From NCBI GenBank assembly GCA_963996245.1, contig CAXEIY010000221.1, positions 5,360-69,359 of the forward strand: DNA of 64,000 nucleotides. The letters are read 5' to 3'. Each line of letters starts with the position of its first letter. Position 1 is the stretch's first letter. This DNA comes from an uncultured Planctomycetia bacterium. GTDB lineage: Bacteria > Planctomycetota > Planctomycetia > CAXEIY01. The notes beneath the pieces were generated by a model that searched no databases, had not been told where the DNA came from, and saw only the letters and a list, made by a program, of their open reading frames with translations. Shown in pieces: positions 39,252 to 48,437 of this stretch. The translations under genes and the position numbers were made by a program.

Positions 39252-40877
39252 ATGGACGTATCGTCCGATTCCACAGAAAATCTGTTTGACGTGATTGTTA
39301 TTGGTGGAGGGTGTGCCGCCGCTCATGTCGCCGCACCTCTCGTCCAAAACGGCAAGAAAGTGCTCATGCTGGATGGTGGACAACTTCCGTCCATTTCACC
39401 CGATCTGGCGCCGGACGACCATTTTGAATCAATCCGATCCCGTAACAGGGAACAGGATCGATGGTTTCTGGGAGGTAATCTATCGGGCATAGCCATTCAA
39501 GATTTTCGGGAAGGATTGACATCAGGAAACCTTACTGGAAATCGGGATTTTGTTATACGTTACGCCCATCAATTGCTTCCAACGACAAGTGATCGGATTC
39601 AAATAGTACAAAGCCTTGCCAAGGGGGGCCTAGGCGCCGCTTGGGGAGGTGCGTGTGCCTTTCTCTCATCTCAAGAACTGACGAAAATGGGGCTGCCAGC
39701 TGAAGCCTTTAAAAAACATTATGACATTGTCAGTCGAAGAATCGGAATTTCTGGACCGCCTGAACCTTATAGTGTTCAACCTCCTGCCCGGCTGGATCAC
39801 CACGGACGAGCGTTAATGAGTCGCTATCAAAAGAAACAAGATTATTTTCAAAAAACAGGCCTCACTCTGACACAGTCGCACCTAGCATTATTAACACAGG
39901 ACCTGGGACAACGTCGAGCCACAGACTACACGGACATGGAGTATTTCTGTGACCCCAATCGATCTGTTTATCGCCCCCAGTTCACGATTGAAGAACTTGA
40001 AAAACAACCCCATTTTTATTATCGAGGTCAGATGCTTGTCGAGTGCGTAAAATCGATTCCAGGAGGAGTAAGCGTATCTGGTTTCTCCATTGAGCAGGGA
40101 AAAACGAATGCCGCTTTCTCATTTACGGCACATCGGATCGTGCTCGCTTCGGGCGCGATAGGTACGGCCCGTATTTTGCTGAGAAGCTTCCCCTCACTTA
40201 ATCAGAAAACATCTTTTATTGCAAAATCCCACACGCTGATTGCCTGTCTTAACCTGTCAATGGTAGGACAACCCGGAGACCATCGCCGTACCAGTCTCTG
40301 CCAACTTTACCTGCAGGACGCGCCCACAAACGATATGTTACCCGAACTATGTGCCCAGCTTTACTCTTACCGTTCTCCTCTGCTTTGCCGTCTCTTGCAA
40401 AGCCTTCCGCTACCCACTCCGGAAAGCATGCGGATATTGGCGTCCCTGGTCCCATCTCTGGTTTTCGCAGATGTCCGATCTCCCAGCCATCGGGCCACCG
40501 AGCAATGGCTGTCCTTGAAACAGAATAACCATCCAGACCACTATAGCACTCATATACACGGGAATTCGGATGAAACGATTGACTATCTTATTTTGAGAAA
40601 GGTAAAAAAGGCACTTCGCAAACTTGGATTATGGCCCCTGAAATCCGTATCCATGGCTCCTGGAAGTACGTTTCACTATGCAGGTACGGTTCCCATCAGG
40701 GATGTTGAGACGGACCGTTCCCTTTCAGCAGATTCCTCTGGTAGACTAACACAGGAACAAAAAATATTTATTGCTGATGCGTCCCTGTTTCGATTTTTGC
40801 CTGCCCGCCCACACACATTAACGCTGATGGCGAATGCAAATCGAATTGGAGAAATCATCTGCAACCAATTACCATGA
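39252..40877 (+). CDS. FAD-dependent oxidoreductase, GMC-family-like
   Basis: FDVIVIGGGCAAAHVAAPL is the FAD beta-alpha-beta fold. The C-terminal IADASLFRFLPARPHTLTLMANANRIGE resembles the GMC C-terminal substrate/His motif region. It starts 4 bp after the epimerase gene. Confidence 0.55.
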   Translation: MDVSSDSTENLFDVIVIGGGCAAAHVAAPLVQNGKKVLMLDGGQLPSISPDLAPDDHFESIRSRNREQDRWFLGGNLSGIAIQDFREGLTSGNLTGNRDFVIRYAHQLLPTTSDRIQIVQSLAKGGLGAAWGGACAFLSSQELTKMGLPAEAFKKHYDIVSRRIGISGPPEPYSVQPPARLDHHGRALMSRYQKKQDYFQKTGLTLTQSHLALLTQDLGQRRATDYTDMEYFCDPNRSVYRPQFTIEELEKQPHFYYRGQMLVECVKSIPGGVSVSGFSIEQGKTNAAFSFTAHRIVLASGAIGTARILLRSFPSLNQKTSFIAKSHTLIACLNLSMVGQPGDHRRTSLCQLYLQDAPTNDMLPELCAQLYSYRSPLLCRLLQSLPLPTPESMRILASLVPSLVFADVRSPSHRATEQWLSLKQNNHPDHYSTHIHGNSDETIDYLILRKVKKALRKLGLWPLKSVSMAPGSTFHYAGTVPIRDVETDRSLSADSSGRLTQEQKIFIADASLFRFLPARPHTLTLMANANRIGEIICNQLP

Positions 40878-41043
40878 CGATCATAACCTCCCCAAACGGC
40901 TACTGCATCTCTATCCGTTTATTGCTGTTTCCGTAATCTGTCAGCTCCGAAAGGCATTCGATTCAAACTGATGAGAACTGCTTAAAATACCGATGGCACG
41001 AAAACAGAAACCTTTACCTTAGATCTCTCAGACAAGACCCTTC

Positions 41044-43044
41044 ATGTGCAAAGACTCTTCCACAGACCTTTGGAACTGTAGCCGCTTCTGCATTGGAACA
41101 GTATTCGTCCTATGGTCACTCAGCCTGGCCATAAGACTCGGCGTCTATCAGGGGTTTTCTCAGAGTCCTTTTCGTTCCCTCCCATGGGTAGATGAGGCCA
41201 GCTATTACAACTGGGCGAAACAAATCCATGATGGCAACCTCATCTTGGACCATCCGTATTTTCAAGACCCTCTCTACCCACACACGCTGGCTGTCTGGAT
41301 GTTTGCTGTGGGGGACAACGTACTTGATCTAAGATGGATAAGTGCCGTCTTCAGCTCACTCATTACACCGTTGACTTTCTTGGCTACTCGATTACTCCTA
41401 GACAAAAATGGCTGTCTGGCTGCAACCTTCCTGTCCGCTGTCTACTTACCTGCCATTCAATTTTCAGTGCTGTTGTTGAAACCCAATCTGGTCATCATCA
41501 TATTGACGATCTTGATTTGGACATATGCCCGATTCCTGCGATACCTGAGATTGCGAGATGCCTTCGCGCTCGGTCTGGCTTGTGGGGCAGCAAGTCTGCT
41601 GCGAGGTAATTTCTTACTCGTACTACCATTCCTGCTCGTCTGGGTTTACTGGTTCACCAACAATCAGGACTACGTATCTTCAAACCGTATGCCAAAGGCC
41701 ATACGGAATAGCGTTGTATTTTCAATAGGCCTGTTCTGTTTCCTTAGTCTTTCACTCCTTCACAACTGGCTTGCTTCCAGACAATGGATCCTCACAACTT
41801 CACAGGCCGGGATGGTTTTCCACCTCGGAAATAATGAAGAAGCGACCGGAGGATTTTCCAATCCATCGTGGGCAACGGCCGTTGAAGGAATTGAACATCG
41901 ACAATTTGTTGAAGAAGCACGCCGGCGTACAGCCAATCCAGATATGACACAGGCTGAATCCAGCCGATATTGGTTCAACCAATCTATGTTATGGATCGTC
42001 AACCATCCGCTGGACTGGCTCACCCTATGCAAAAACAAACTGATCGTGTTTTGCGGACGACCAGAACACAGTGACAACCATTACTATGAGTTAATCGCAA
42101 AACGCTTTTTCCCATGGGTTCATTACGTAACCCTGCGCTGGGATCTCCTGTTGGTAATGGGAACCATTGGACTCAGTTTTCCCGTATTACGTCCAGGCGC
42201 AAAGGGCGTGCTCATTGGAACCGCATTCCTGCTGTTTATCAGCATGATCATCTTTTACCCTCTCGCACGCTATCGAATGATCCTCGTACCATCCTTGCTG
42301 GTCCTGAGTGGAGTAACCATTCAACAGTTTATCGTCCATCTTCGAAACCACAGCTGGAAACCCTGTATTTGGAGAATAACCTTCATTGCAATTCCCCTTT
42401 CAGCGGTATCTTGGGGATTCTTCGGACAACTGCAACCGGGACTGTCTCACGCGCTTCTGACATTTGGATCAGCCTATGCGTCAGAGGGCAACCGTTCCCA
42501 GAGAGACCACTACTTTCACGCCGCGCTGTTTTTTTCACCCGAGGAACAATACAATTACCGCCAACTCAGAAACCGCTACCTCTCTGACCACGAAAGATCT
42601 CAAGCCGTCTTAAAACAACCGCTCGCCAGTGCTCCGTTGGTTGACTGGATCCAGTGGATTCACGTCTACAAAAACACACACACTTTCTTCAGCGAAAAAG
42701 ATCTCAGAACGATTCGCGATGCCGCCTACCGGATTAACCATGCCGACCTCTTTTACGAACTTGCGGTTATTCAGGCTTTCCATCACGATTCTTCAAAACA
42801 CGCCGGACGTACCGTTACTCAAGTCCAGAACGCACGAATTAACACAGCACAGCGTTACCTCCAGCAGGCGCTACGATGCAACCCCGACCATCCGCTCAGC
42901 CTAACAGCACTCGGTGCCATGATGGCATATCGAGGAGATTTTCTGCAGGCACAGCGATTGTTGAAACAGGCTGAAGAGCACTCCACGGATCCCTTTCCTG
43001 CGGAACAATTACGACGCCGTATTCAGGAAAGAATCGCTCCTTGA
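41044..43044 (+). CDS. GT-C fold glycosyltransferase (ArnT/PMT, GT83/GT39-like) with a C-terminal TPR-repeat domain (TMTC-like architecture)
   Basis: A polytopic N-terminal 450 aa with a first-loop PWVDEASYYNWAKQI (compare the DEaRYAE motif of ArnT/PMT). The C-terminal soluble region has TPR-like helices (ALRCNPDHPLSLTALGAMMAYRGDFLQAQRLLKQAEE). Confidence 0.62.
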   Translation: MCKDSSTDLWNCSRFCIGTVFVLWSLSLAIRLGVYQGFSQSPFRSLPWVDEASYYNWAKQIHDGNLILDHPYFQDPLYPHTLAVWMFAVGDNVLDLRWISAVFSSLITPLTFLATRLLLDKNGCLAATFLSAVYLPAIQFSVLLLKPNLVIIILTILIWTYARFLRYLRLRDAFALGLACGAASLLRGNFLLVLPFLLVWVYWFTNNQDYVSSNRMPKAIRNSVVFSIGLFCFLSLSLLHNWLASRQWILTTSQAGMVFHLGNNEEATGGFSNPSWATAVEGIEHRQFVEEARRRTANPDMTQAESSRYWFNQSMLWIVNHPLDWLTLCKNKLIVFCGRPEHSDNHYYELIAKRFFPWVHYVTLRWDLLLVMGTIGLSFPVLRPGAKGVLIGTAFLLFISMIIFYPLARYRMILVPSLLVLSGVTIQQFIVHLRNHSWKPCIWRITFIAIPLSAVSWGFFGQLQPGLSHALLTFGSAYASEGNRSQRDHYFHAALFFSPEEQYNYRQLRNRYLSDHERSQAVLKQPLASAPLVDWIQWIHVYKNTHTFFSEKDLRTIRDAAYRINHADLFYELAVIQAFHHDSSKHAGRTVTQVQNARINTAQRYLQQALRCNPDHPLSLTALGAMMAYRGDFLQAQRLLKQAEEHSTDPFPAEQLRRRIQERIAP

Positions 43045-43166
43045 ACATCAGATGACGCATGGATTGTGATAATCCATACAGCCCTATGGCTAAAGAATTC
43101 TTTGGCCATGACCGTTAAACACATTACTACCGATATCCGGTAGTACTTTCTTCCATGGTCTTTCTG

Positions 43167-44423
43167 CTATTTGCGTCCCAGTCCCAATACGCTAAGGAAA
43201 AAGCTCGCCAGAATGGACTGGCATCCCAATGCGAGCGACAAAGACGAAGGGATAACGATTCGCATCGTATGCTGTGGCTCAAGTTCTCCAAACAGCTGGA
43301 CTCCCCAGTCCGTAACGGCGTAAACAGAGCCCACCAAACCAAGAATAACAAGAAGACTACCGGCAGCCAGCCCCCTTTCCAGTGTCAGGATACCAGTTAG
43401 GCGATGCCATCTCGGGTCCACTGGCAACAATCCTTCCCCCATCGCAAACACCTTGGTAAAGGCAGCAAAGAAAATAGACTGAAATCCGATATAAATCGCA
43501 AGCGCACAGTACAGAAGGGTGTGGACATCAAGACTGACTCCACCAACAACCCGGCGTCCAGGTAATAACCACAGCCCACCTAACAAGCCAGCTATTACCA
43601 AAACTAGACCTGGTACCAAAAAAAGCCATCGTGGACTGAATAACAAAAGAAAACGCAGATGCCGCCAACCATCTCTCCAAGTACGCAGATGCGGGGCCCG
43701 GGAGCGTCCATCCGGTGACAATGTAGTTGGGACTTCTCCTATGCGAAGCCCCTGCAACGTCGCTTTCACCACCATTTCACTGGCAAATTCCATGCCCGTC
43801 GTGCGGAGATCCATATGCTGAATCGCATCTCTCTGAAATCCACGCAAACCACAATGAAAATCACGACATGGACTTCCGAAAAACAACCGCCCAATCCAGG
43901 TTAAGACAGGATTTCCTAAATAGTAGTGAAGCCACGGCATCGCACCGGGTTTTATACCACCCAGAAAACGATTACCCATCACCAAATCATAACCGCATTT
44001 AAGCTCTTTGAGAAACAATGCACAGTCATCAAAATTATAGCTCCCATCTGCGTCCCCCATGATGACGTATCGCCCACGGGCCGCCAGAATACCTCCCATA
44101 ATAGCACTGCCATAGCCCCTTTGTTTAACCTCTACAACTCGTGCACCGTGTTCTTCTGCTATGGCAAGAGAACCGTCCGTACTTCCATTATCCGCAATCA
44201 ATACCTCTCCATGTATCTGGTTGTGCTGCAAATTTCGCTGTATCGTTCTAATGCAATCCGCCAGCGTTTCTGCCTCATTCAGACAAGGCATGATTACAGA
44301 CAGTTCGATTTCCGTATCATCGGGAACAGGTGATGATGAACACGCTTCTTTTTTAGAGTGAAAAGGTTCGTTTCCAAGCATATCACTTTGGCCAGACGGA
44401 ATTCTTTCCATACAACGGAACAC
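43167..44423 (-). CDS. GT2 polyprenyl-phosphate glycosyltransferase (ArnC/GtrB/DPM1-like) with C-terminal TM helices
   Basis: LSVIMPCLNEAETL ... VLIADNGSTDGS ... MGDADGSY is the GT-A DxD motif. Hydrophobic C-terminal segments follow. It is convergent with the GT-C gene. Confidence 0.8.
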   Translation of the reverse strand: MFRCMERIPSGQSDMLGNEPFHSKKEACSSSPVPDDTEIELSVIMPCLNEAETLADCIRTIQRNLQHNQIHGEVLIADNGSTDGSLAIAEEHGARVVEVKQRGYGSAIMGGILAARGRYVIMGDADGSYNFDDCALFLKELKCGYDLVMGNRFLGGIKPGAMPWLHYYLGNPVLTWIGRLFFGSPCRDFHCGLRGFQRDAIQHMDLRTTGMEFASEMVVKATLQGLRIGEVPTTLSPDGRSRAPHLRTWRDGWRHLRFLLLFSPRWLFLVPGLVLVIAGLLGGLWLLPGRRVVGGVSLDVHTLLYCALAIYIGFQSIFFAAFTKVFAMGEGLLPVDPRWHRLTGILTLERGLAAGSLLVILGLVGSVYAVTDWGVQLFGELEPQHTMRIVIPSSLSLALGCQSILASFFLSVLGLGRK

Positions 44424-44559
44424 ATCAGGTGGTCTACCGGCGACTACAATGTTTAGAATTCATCGCTCACCGCACAATCCTTCCGGATTTCGCCACCGCG
44501 TTAAAAGCAGGATTATTACGGTTTCTCCACTGCATAGAGCGAATTGCCGGTTGGAACGA

Positions 44560-44600
44560 AAGAAAAGGATCAGAACAACGCTCAGAGGTCCTCTATCACT
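44560..44600 (-). terminator. Candidate weak intrinsic terminator downstream of frr
   Basis: An inverted repeat aggtcc(N9)ggacct is followed on the minus-strand transcript by a U-rich stretch (cuuuucuuuc). The stem is short, so this is speculative. Confidence 0.2.
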
Positions 44601-44623
44601 GGACCTATCTTGCCAGTTTCGGA

Positions 44624-45226
44624 TTACTGATCCATCATTTCATGTTCCTTCTCATCCAGAAGACGGTTAACTTCTGATTCGTACTGCTTCGTCAATTCCT
44701 GAATATCCTCTTTCACACGATCCCGATCATCCTCCGTCAACACTTTTTCTTTCTGTAACTGGTCGGCTCGCTTGTTCGCATCTCTACGCACATTACGAAT
44801 CGCTACACGCGCCTCTTCACTTAATTCCTTCAGACGTGAAACCAGTTTCTTTCGTCGTTCTGTGGAAAGCGGAGGAACATTGAGACGGATCACCCGTCCA
44901 TCATTATTGGGAACCATCCCCAAATCACTGGCCTGAATGGCTTTTTCAATTGCCGGTAAGGCACCTGGATCAAACGGCCGAATGACAATCAACTGTCCTT
45001 CAGGCGCAGCAACATTTGCGAGCTGCTTAATTGGAGTATGCGAGCCATAAAATTCTACCCGCAAAGAATCAACTAAACCAGGACTGGCCCGCCCCGTCCG
45101 AATACCGCTCAAATTGTCCTTTAAAACACGAACAGAGCTTTCCATTCGTTCTTCAGTATCCAGGAGTATCTCTTCGCGACTCATCGGAATCTCCGATTTA
45201 TTCTTTGTGACGAGAGGAACACTCAC
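44624..45226 (-). CDS. frr: Ribosome recycling factor
   Basis: Full-length RRF similarity (LKDNLSGIRTGRASPGLVDSLRVEFYG..., VPPLSTERRKKLVS). The likely start is MSREEIL at about 45184. Confidence 0.9.
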   Translation of the reverse strand: MSVPLVTKNKSEIPMSREEILLDTEERMESSVRVLKDNLSGIRTGRASPGLVDSLRVEFYGSHTPIKQLANVAAPEGQLIVIRPFDPGALPAIEKAIQASDLGMVPNNDGRVIRLNVPPLSTERRKKLVSRLKELSEEARVAIRNVRRDANKRADQLQKEKVLTEDDRDRVKEDIQELTKQYESEVNRLLDEKEHEMMDQ

Positions 45227-45284
45227 AACTATTCAGAAAACTTACCCGATGGTCATATTACTGTCTTTTGCGATCAACCGCCTG

Positions 45285-46064
45285 CTAGGAATCAGACAAC
45301 TCGGGATTACCAACCCATGTTCCGATTCTGTCTCCGGAGAAAGCACGTTCAATATTGCCTTCTTTCTTAAGATTGAACACAAGAATCGGCACCTGATGCT
45401 CCATGCACTGGTGTATTGCCCCCATATCCATCACACGTAAATTCTGACGAATCACATCCTGATATGTCAGTTCGGTAAAACGCACTGCGTGTGGGTTCTT
45501 TTCCGGATCCTCACTATAAATCCCATCTACACGCGTCGCTTTCAAAAGAACATCTGCTTCAATTTCCCGACTCCTTAGTGCAGCAGCCGTGTCAGTGGTT
45601 ACAAAAGGGTTCCCTGTGCCGGCAGCCAAGATAACAATGCGTCCTTTTTCCAAATGACGGACACAACGTCTCCGAATATAGGGCTCCGCGACTTCCTGCA
45701 TGCGTATAGCAGTCTGAAGACGCGTCTCACATCCAATGCTTTCCAACGCATCCTGTAACGCTAACCCATTAATCACAGTAGCCAGCATCCCCATATAGTG
45801 AGCAGTAGGTTCCTTAATCGCGTCACTAACTGAACTGAACTGTGCCCCACGCAGAATATTACCACCACCAATGACGATCGCCAGCTGAACACTCTGTTCC
45901 GCCGCACGTTTCACCTGGTGAGCGAGACGAAGAACTTCCTCCATGGCAATGCCCGTCTCACCGGTACGGCAAAAACCGTCCCCACTAATTTTCAATAAAA
46001 CACGACTGAAGCTTGTTTTTCGTTCAATAACTGATTCGGTTTCCGTAATCGGCTGTGTCAACAC
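45285..46064 (-). CDS. pyrH: UMP kinase
   Basis: LLKISGDGF and [11 protein letters not shown] motifs, with amino-acid kinase family length. Confidence 0.9.
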   Translation of the reverse strand: MLTQPITETESVIERKTSFSRVLLKISGDGFCRTGETGIAMEEVLRLAHQVKRAAEQSVQLAIVIGGGNILRGAQFSSVSDAIKEPTAHYMGMLATVINGLALQDALESIGCETRLQTAIRMQEVAEPYIRRRCVRHLEKGRIVILAAGTGNPFVTTDTAAALRSREIEADVLLKATRVDGIYSEDPEKNPHAVRFTELTYQDVIRQNLRVMDMGAIHQCMEHQVPILVFNLKKEGNIERAFSGDRIGTWVGNPELSDS

Positions 46065-46118
46065 TTCCCTCCTGGAAATAAAGCCATGTGTCCACCTCCG
46101 CGACGTCGTTTCTCTTTT

Positions 46119-46958
46119 TCACGTCGCTGTCGATTCACCAAGCTCCCACCGAACGAAGCTTTCCAACTTCACCCCAGCATCATTCAGCACTTCTCCTACC
46201 GTTTTACTTGAATCCAACGCAAACGCCTGCTCTGGCAGCACCCGTTCGGCAAAGAAATTGCGCATCCGACCTTCTACGATCTTTTCTATAACCTGCTCCG
46301 GTTTTCCCGTAGCACGTGCCTGCTCACTCAAAATTTCACGTTCCTTTGCAACCAGCGTCGGATCAATTTCCGCTTGCGACGCAGCTACAGGGCGTAATGA
46401 AACAATATGCATACAAATCTGTCGCAATATCTGATCGTCTGAGGCAGCCTGGTCAACTTGAATAACAGCTGCCTGACGACCATCGTGATGAACATAACCC
46501 GCTAGCACGCCCTCCCATCTCCCAATCCGGCTCAACGTCATGTTTTCGCGCAATTGATTCTTAGCGTCAGCAAAAGCATCCTCTAGTATCTGACTCGTAT
46601 TTCGAGGATCTGATTTCTTCAGCAAAGTCTCTGGATCTGTTATGGAGTTATCACCAGACAAAGTTTCTGCCAACGCCTCTGCCAGTCCAGAGAAAATTTC
46701 ATTTTTGGCTACCGGCGCACTTTCACAACGCAGTTCAACCATGGAAGCTGCTGTTGCCGTTATATGCACGGCTATTAATCCTTCGGAGGTTTCGCGCCCT
46801 GATCGTTTGGCTGCAGTCGATAATCCTCGTTTCCGTAAAATTTCGACAGCCAGACCATGATCACCCTCGGCTTCACTTAACGCCGACTTGCATTCCATCA
46901 TTGGTAAGCTTGTCTCATCCCTTAACGCCTTCACCGCCTGAGCCGTAATCTCTGCCAT
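46119..46958 (-). CDS. tsf: Elongation factor Ts
   Basis: The N-terminal UBA-like MAEITAQAVKALRDETSLPMMECKSAL and the EF-Ts dimerisation core. Confidence 0.9.
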   Translation of the reverse strand: MAEITAQAVKALRDETSLPMMECKSALSEAEGDHGLAVEILRKRGLSTAAKRSGRETSEGLIAVHITATAASMVELRCESAPVAKNEIFSGLAEALAETLSGDNSITDPETLLKKSDPRNTSQILEDAFADAKNQLRENMTLSRIGRWEGVLAGYVHHDGRQAAVIQVDQAASDDQILRQICMHIVSLRPVAASQAEIDPTLVAKEREILSEQARATGKPEQVIEKIVEGRMRNFFAERVLPEQAFALDSSKTVGEVLNDAGVKLESFVRWELGESTAT

Positions 46959-47084
46959 TCGTGCGCAACCTCCTTACAAACAATCGCCACATCACTTGAT
47001 GATGAACCGCGTATCCCGGTTAAGTGATCATGCCACCCCTGAATCCCGGGCCCAGGACATTTCACTACCTATGTCTCTACATGA

Positions 47085-47921
47085 CTACGAATCTTCTTTT
47101 TTAACTTCCTCTGATACCGGAGAGGCCTCGGAGGAAGCCGCTTCTGGTTCGGATTCGAGTTCCGCTGCCGGTTCCGCTGCCGGTTCCGCTGCCGGTTCCG
47201 CTGCCGTACGGAGCGTTGCCTCGGCCTCTTTCTCGCTGAGCGACGCACGCCCCAGCATGACCGCATCTGTCAACTCGCGCAACACCAACTCAATAGAACG
47301 GATACTGTCGTCATTTCCGGGAATCGGTAAATCGACAAGATCTGGATCACCATCAGTATCAATCAGCGCGACGGTCGGAATTCCGAGCTTAATCGCCTCC
47401 TTGATAGCTAGGTGCTCCTTGTTTGGGTCAATAACAACCAGCGCCTCCGGTTGACGGTTCATTTCTCGAATGCCGTCGAGATTCCTATGCATCTTCCTGC
47501 GTTCTCGCATCAGGGAAGACTGCATCTTTTTTGAATAGGTATCCAAGGCTCCGGTACCTTCAATAGATTCCAATTCTTCCAGTCTTTGTAACCGACTTCT
47601 TACTGTTCTGAAATTCGTAAGCGTACCTCCCAGCCAACGCTGGTTGACAAACGGCATTGCACATCGACGTGCTTCGCCTTCAATCGTCTCAGCCGCCTGG
47701 CGTTTGGTTCCCACAAAGAGGATTAAACTGCCCTTCGATGCCACCTGAGATAAAAAACGCTGCGCACGTCCGATACTACGAAGCGTCTGACGTACATCGA
47801 TGATGTGAATCAGCTGACGCTTGCCATAAATATAAGACCGCATCTTCGGATTCCATCGGCTCGCTCGGTGTCCGAAATGGATACCCGCATCCAACAACTG
47901 CTTCACCTTAATTAACGGCAC
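47085..47921 (-). CDS. rpsB: 30S ribosomal protein S2 with an acidic, Ala/Glu/Pro-rich C-terminal extension
   Basis: [21 protein letters not shown], then the S2 core, then [15 protein letters not shown]...SEEVKKEDS. Confidence 0.9.
   Translation of the reverse strand: MPLIKVKQLLDAGIHFGHRASRWNPKMRSYIYGKRQLIHIIDVRQTLRSIGRAQRFLSQVASKGSLILFVGTKRQAAETIEGEARRCAMPFVNQRWLGGTLTNFRTVRSRLQRLEELESIEGTGALDTYSKKMQSSLMRERRKMHRNLDGIREMNRQPEALVVIDPNKEHLAIKEAIKLGIPTVALIDTDGDPDLVDLPIPGNDDSIRSIELVLRELTDAVMLGRASLSEKEAEATLRTAAEPAAEPAAEPAAELESEPEAASSEASPVSEEVKKEDS
47161..47210. repeat. 12-bp tandem repeat (TCCGCTGCCGGT, about 4 copies) encoding (AAEP)n in the rpsB C-terminal extension
   Basis: The sequence tccgctgccggttccgctgccggttccgctgccggttccgctgccg is seen directly. 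Confidence 0.85.
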
Positions 47922-48437
47922 CTCTGCACCCCCCGTTTGGACTCATCAGTTTGCTTCATAACTTTTGTCCTCATAGACTGTTACACACAATGTGGAGAGA
48001 AACCATGCTAACAATCCACAAAAAAAACGTCAAACTGTTTGACCCTCATTATTAAAACTCGTTCGACACATGCCCTATTTTCAGCTACCCAACCGACAAC
48101 TCTGACTACAACAAAACCTGAAAGCGAATCACGTTTTCACCATAGCCATGGTCTTATTCCTTACAATTATCGACCATCTAGCCTTATCGTATCGTGGAAA
48201 ATTAACAGAACACCTCACAAATACCGTTGCCTAACCATTTACTTCTGTATCTTCCATCCAGCATCCCTTTATAACGACCCTGCCAAACTTTCCTCTTATA
48301 CAAAATCCCTATATACCTAGTTTCATAAGACCACGCTGGCAACGGCAATTACTGTCAAGGTATGAAACCCTCTCTTTTCACACACTCTCATTATTACTTC
48401 CTACGTCATCCTTCCCCTCTCCTGGAAAGATCTAGCC

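Noticed and set aside
44429-44677. 82-aa and 73-aa plus-strand ORFs between the GT2 gene and frr
   Set aside because: They overlap the frr 3' region and the putative terminator in antisense, and they have no motifs. They are likely non-coding.
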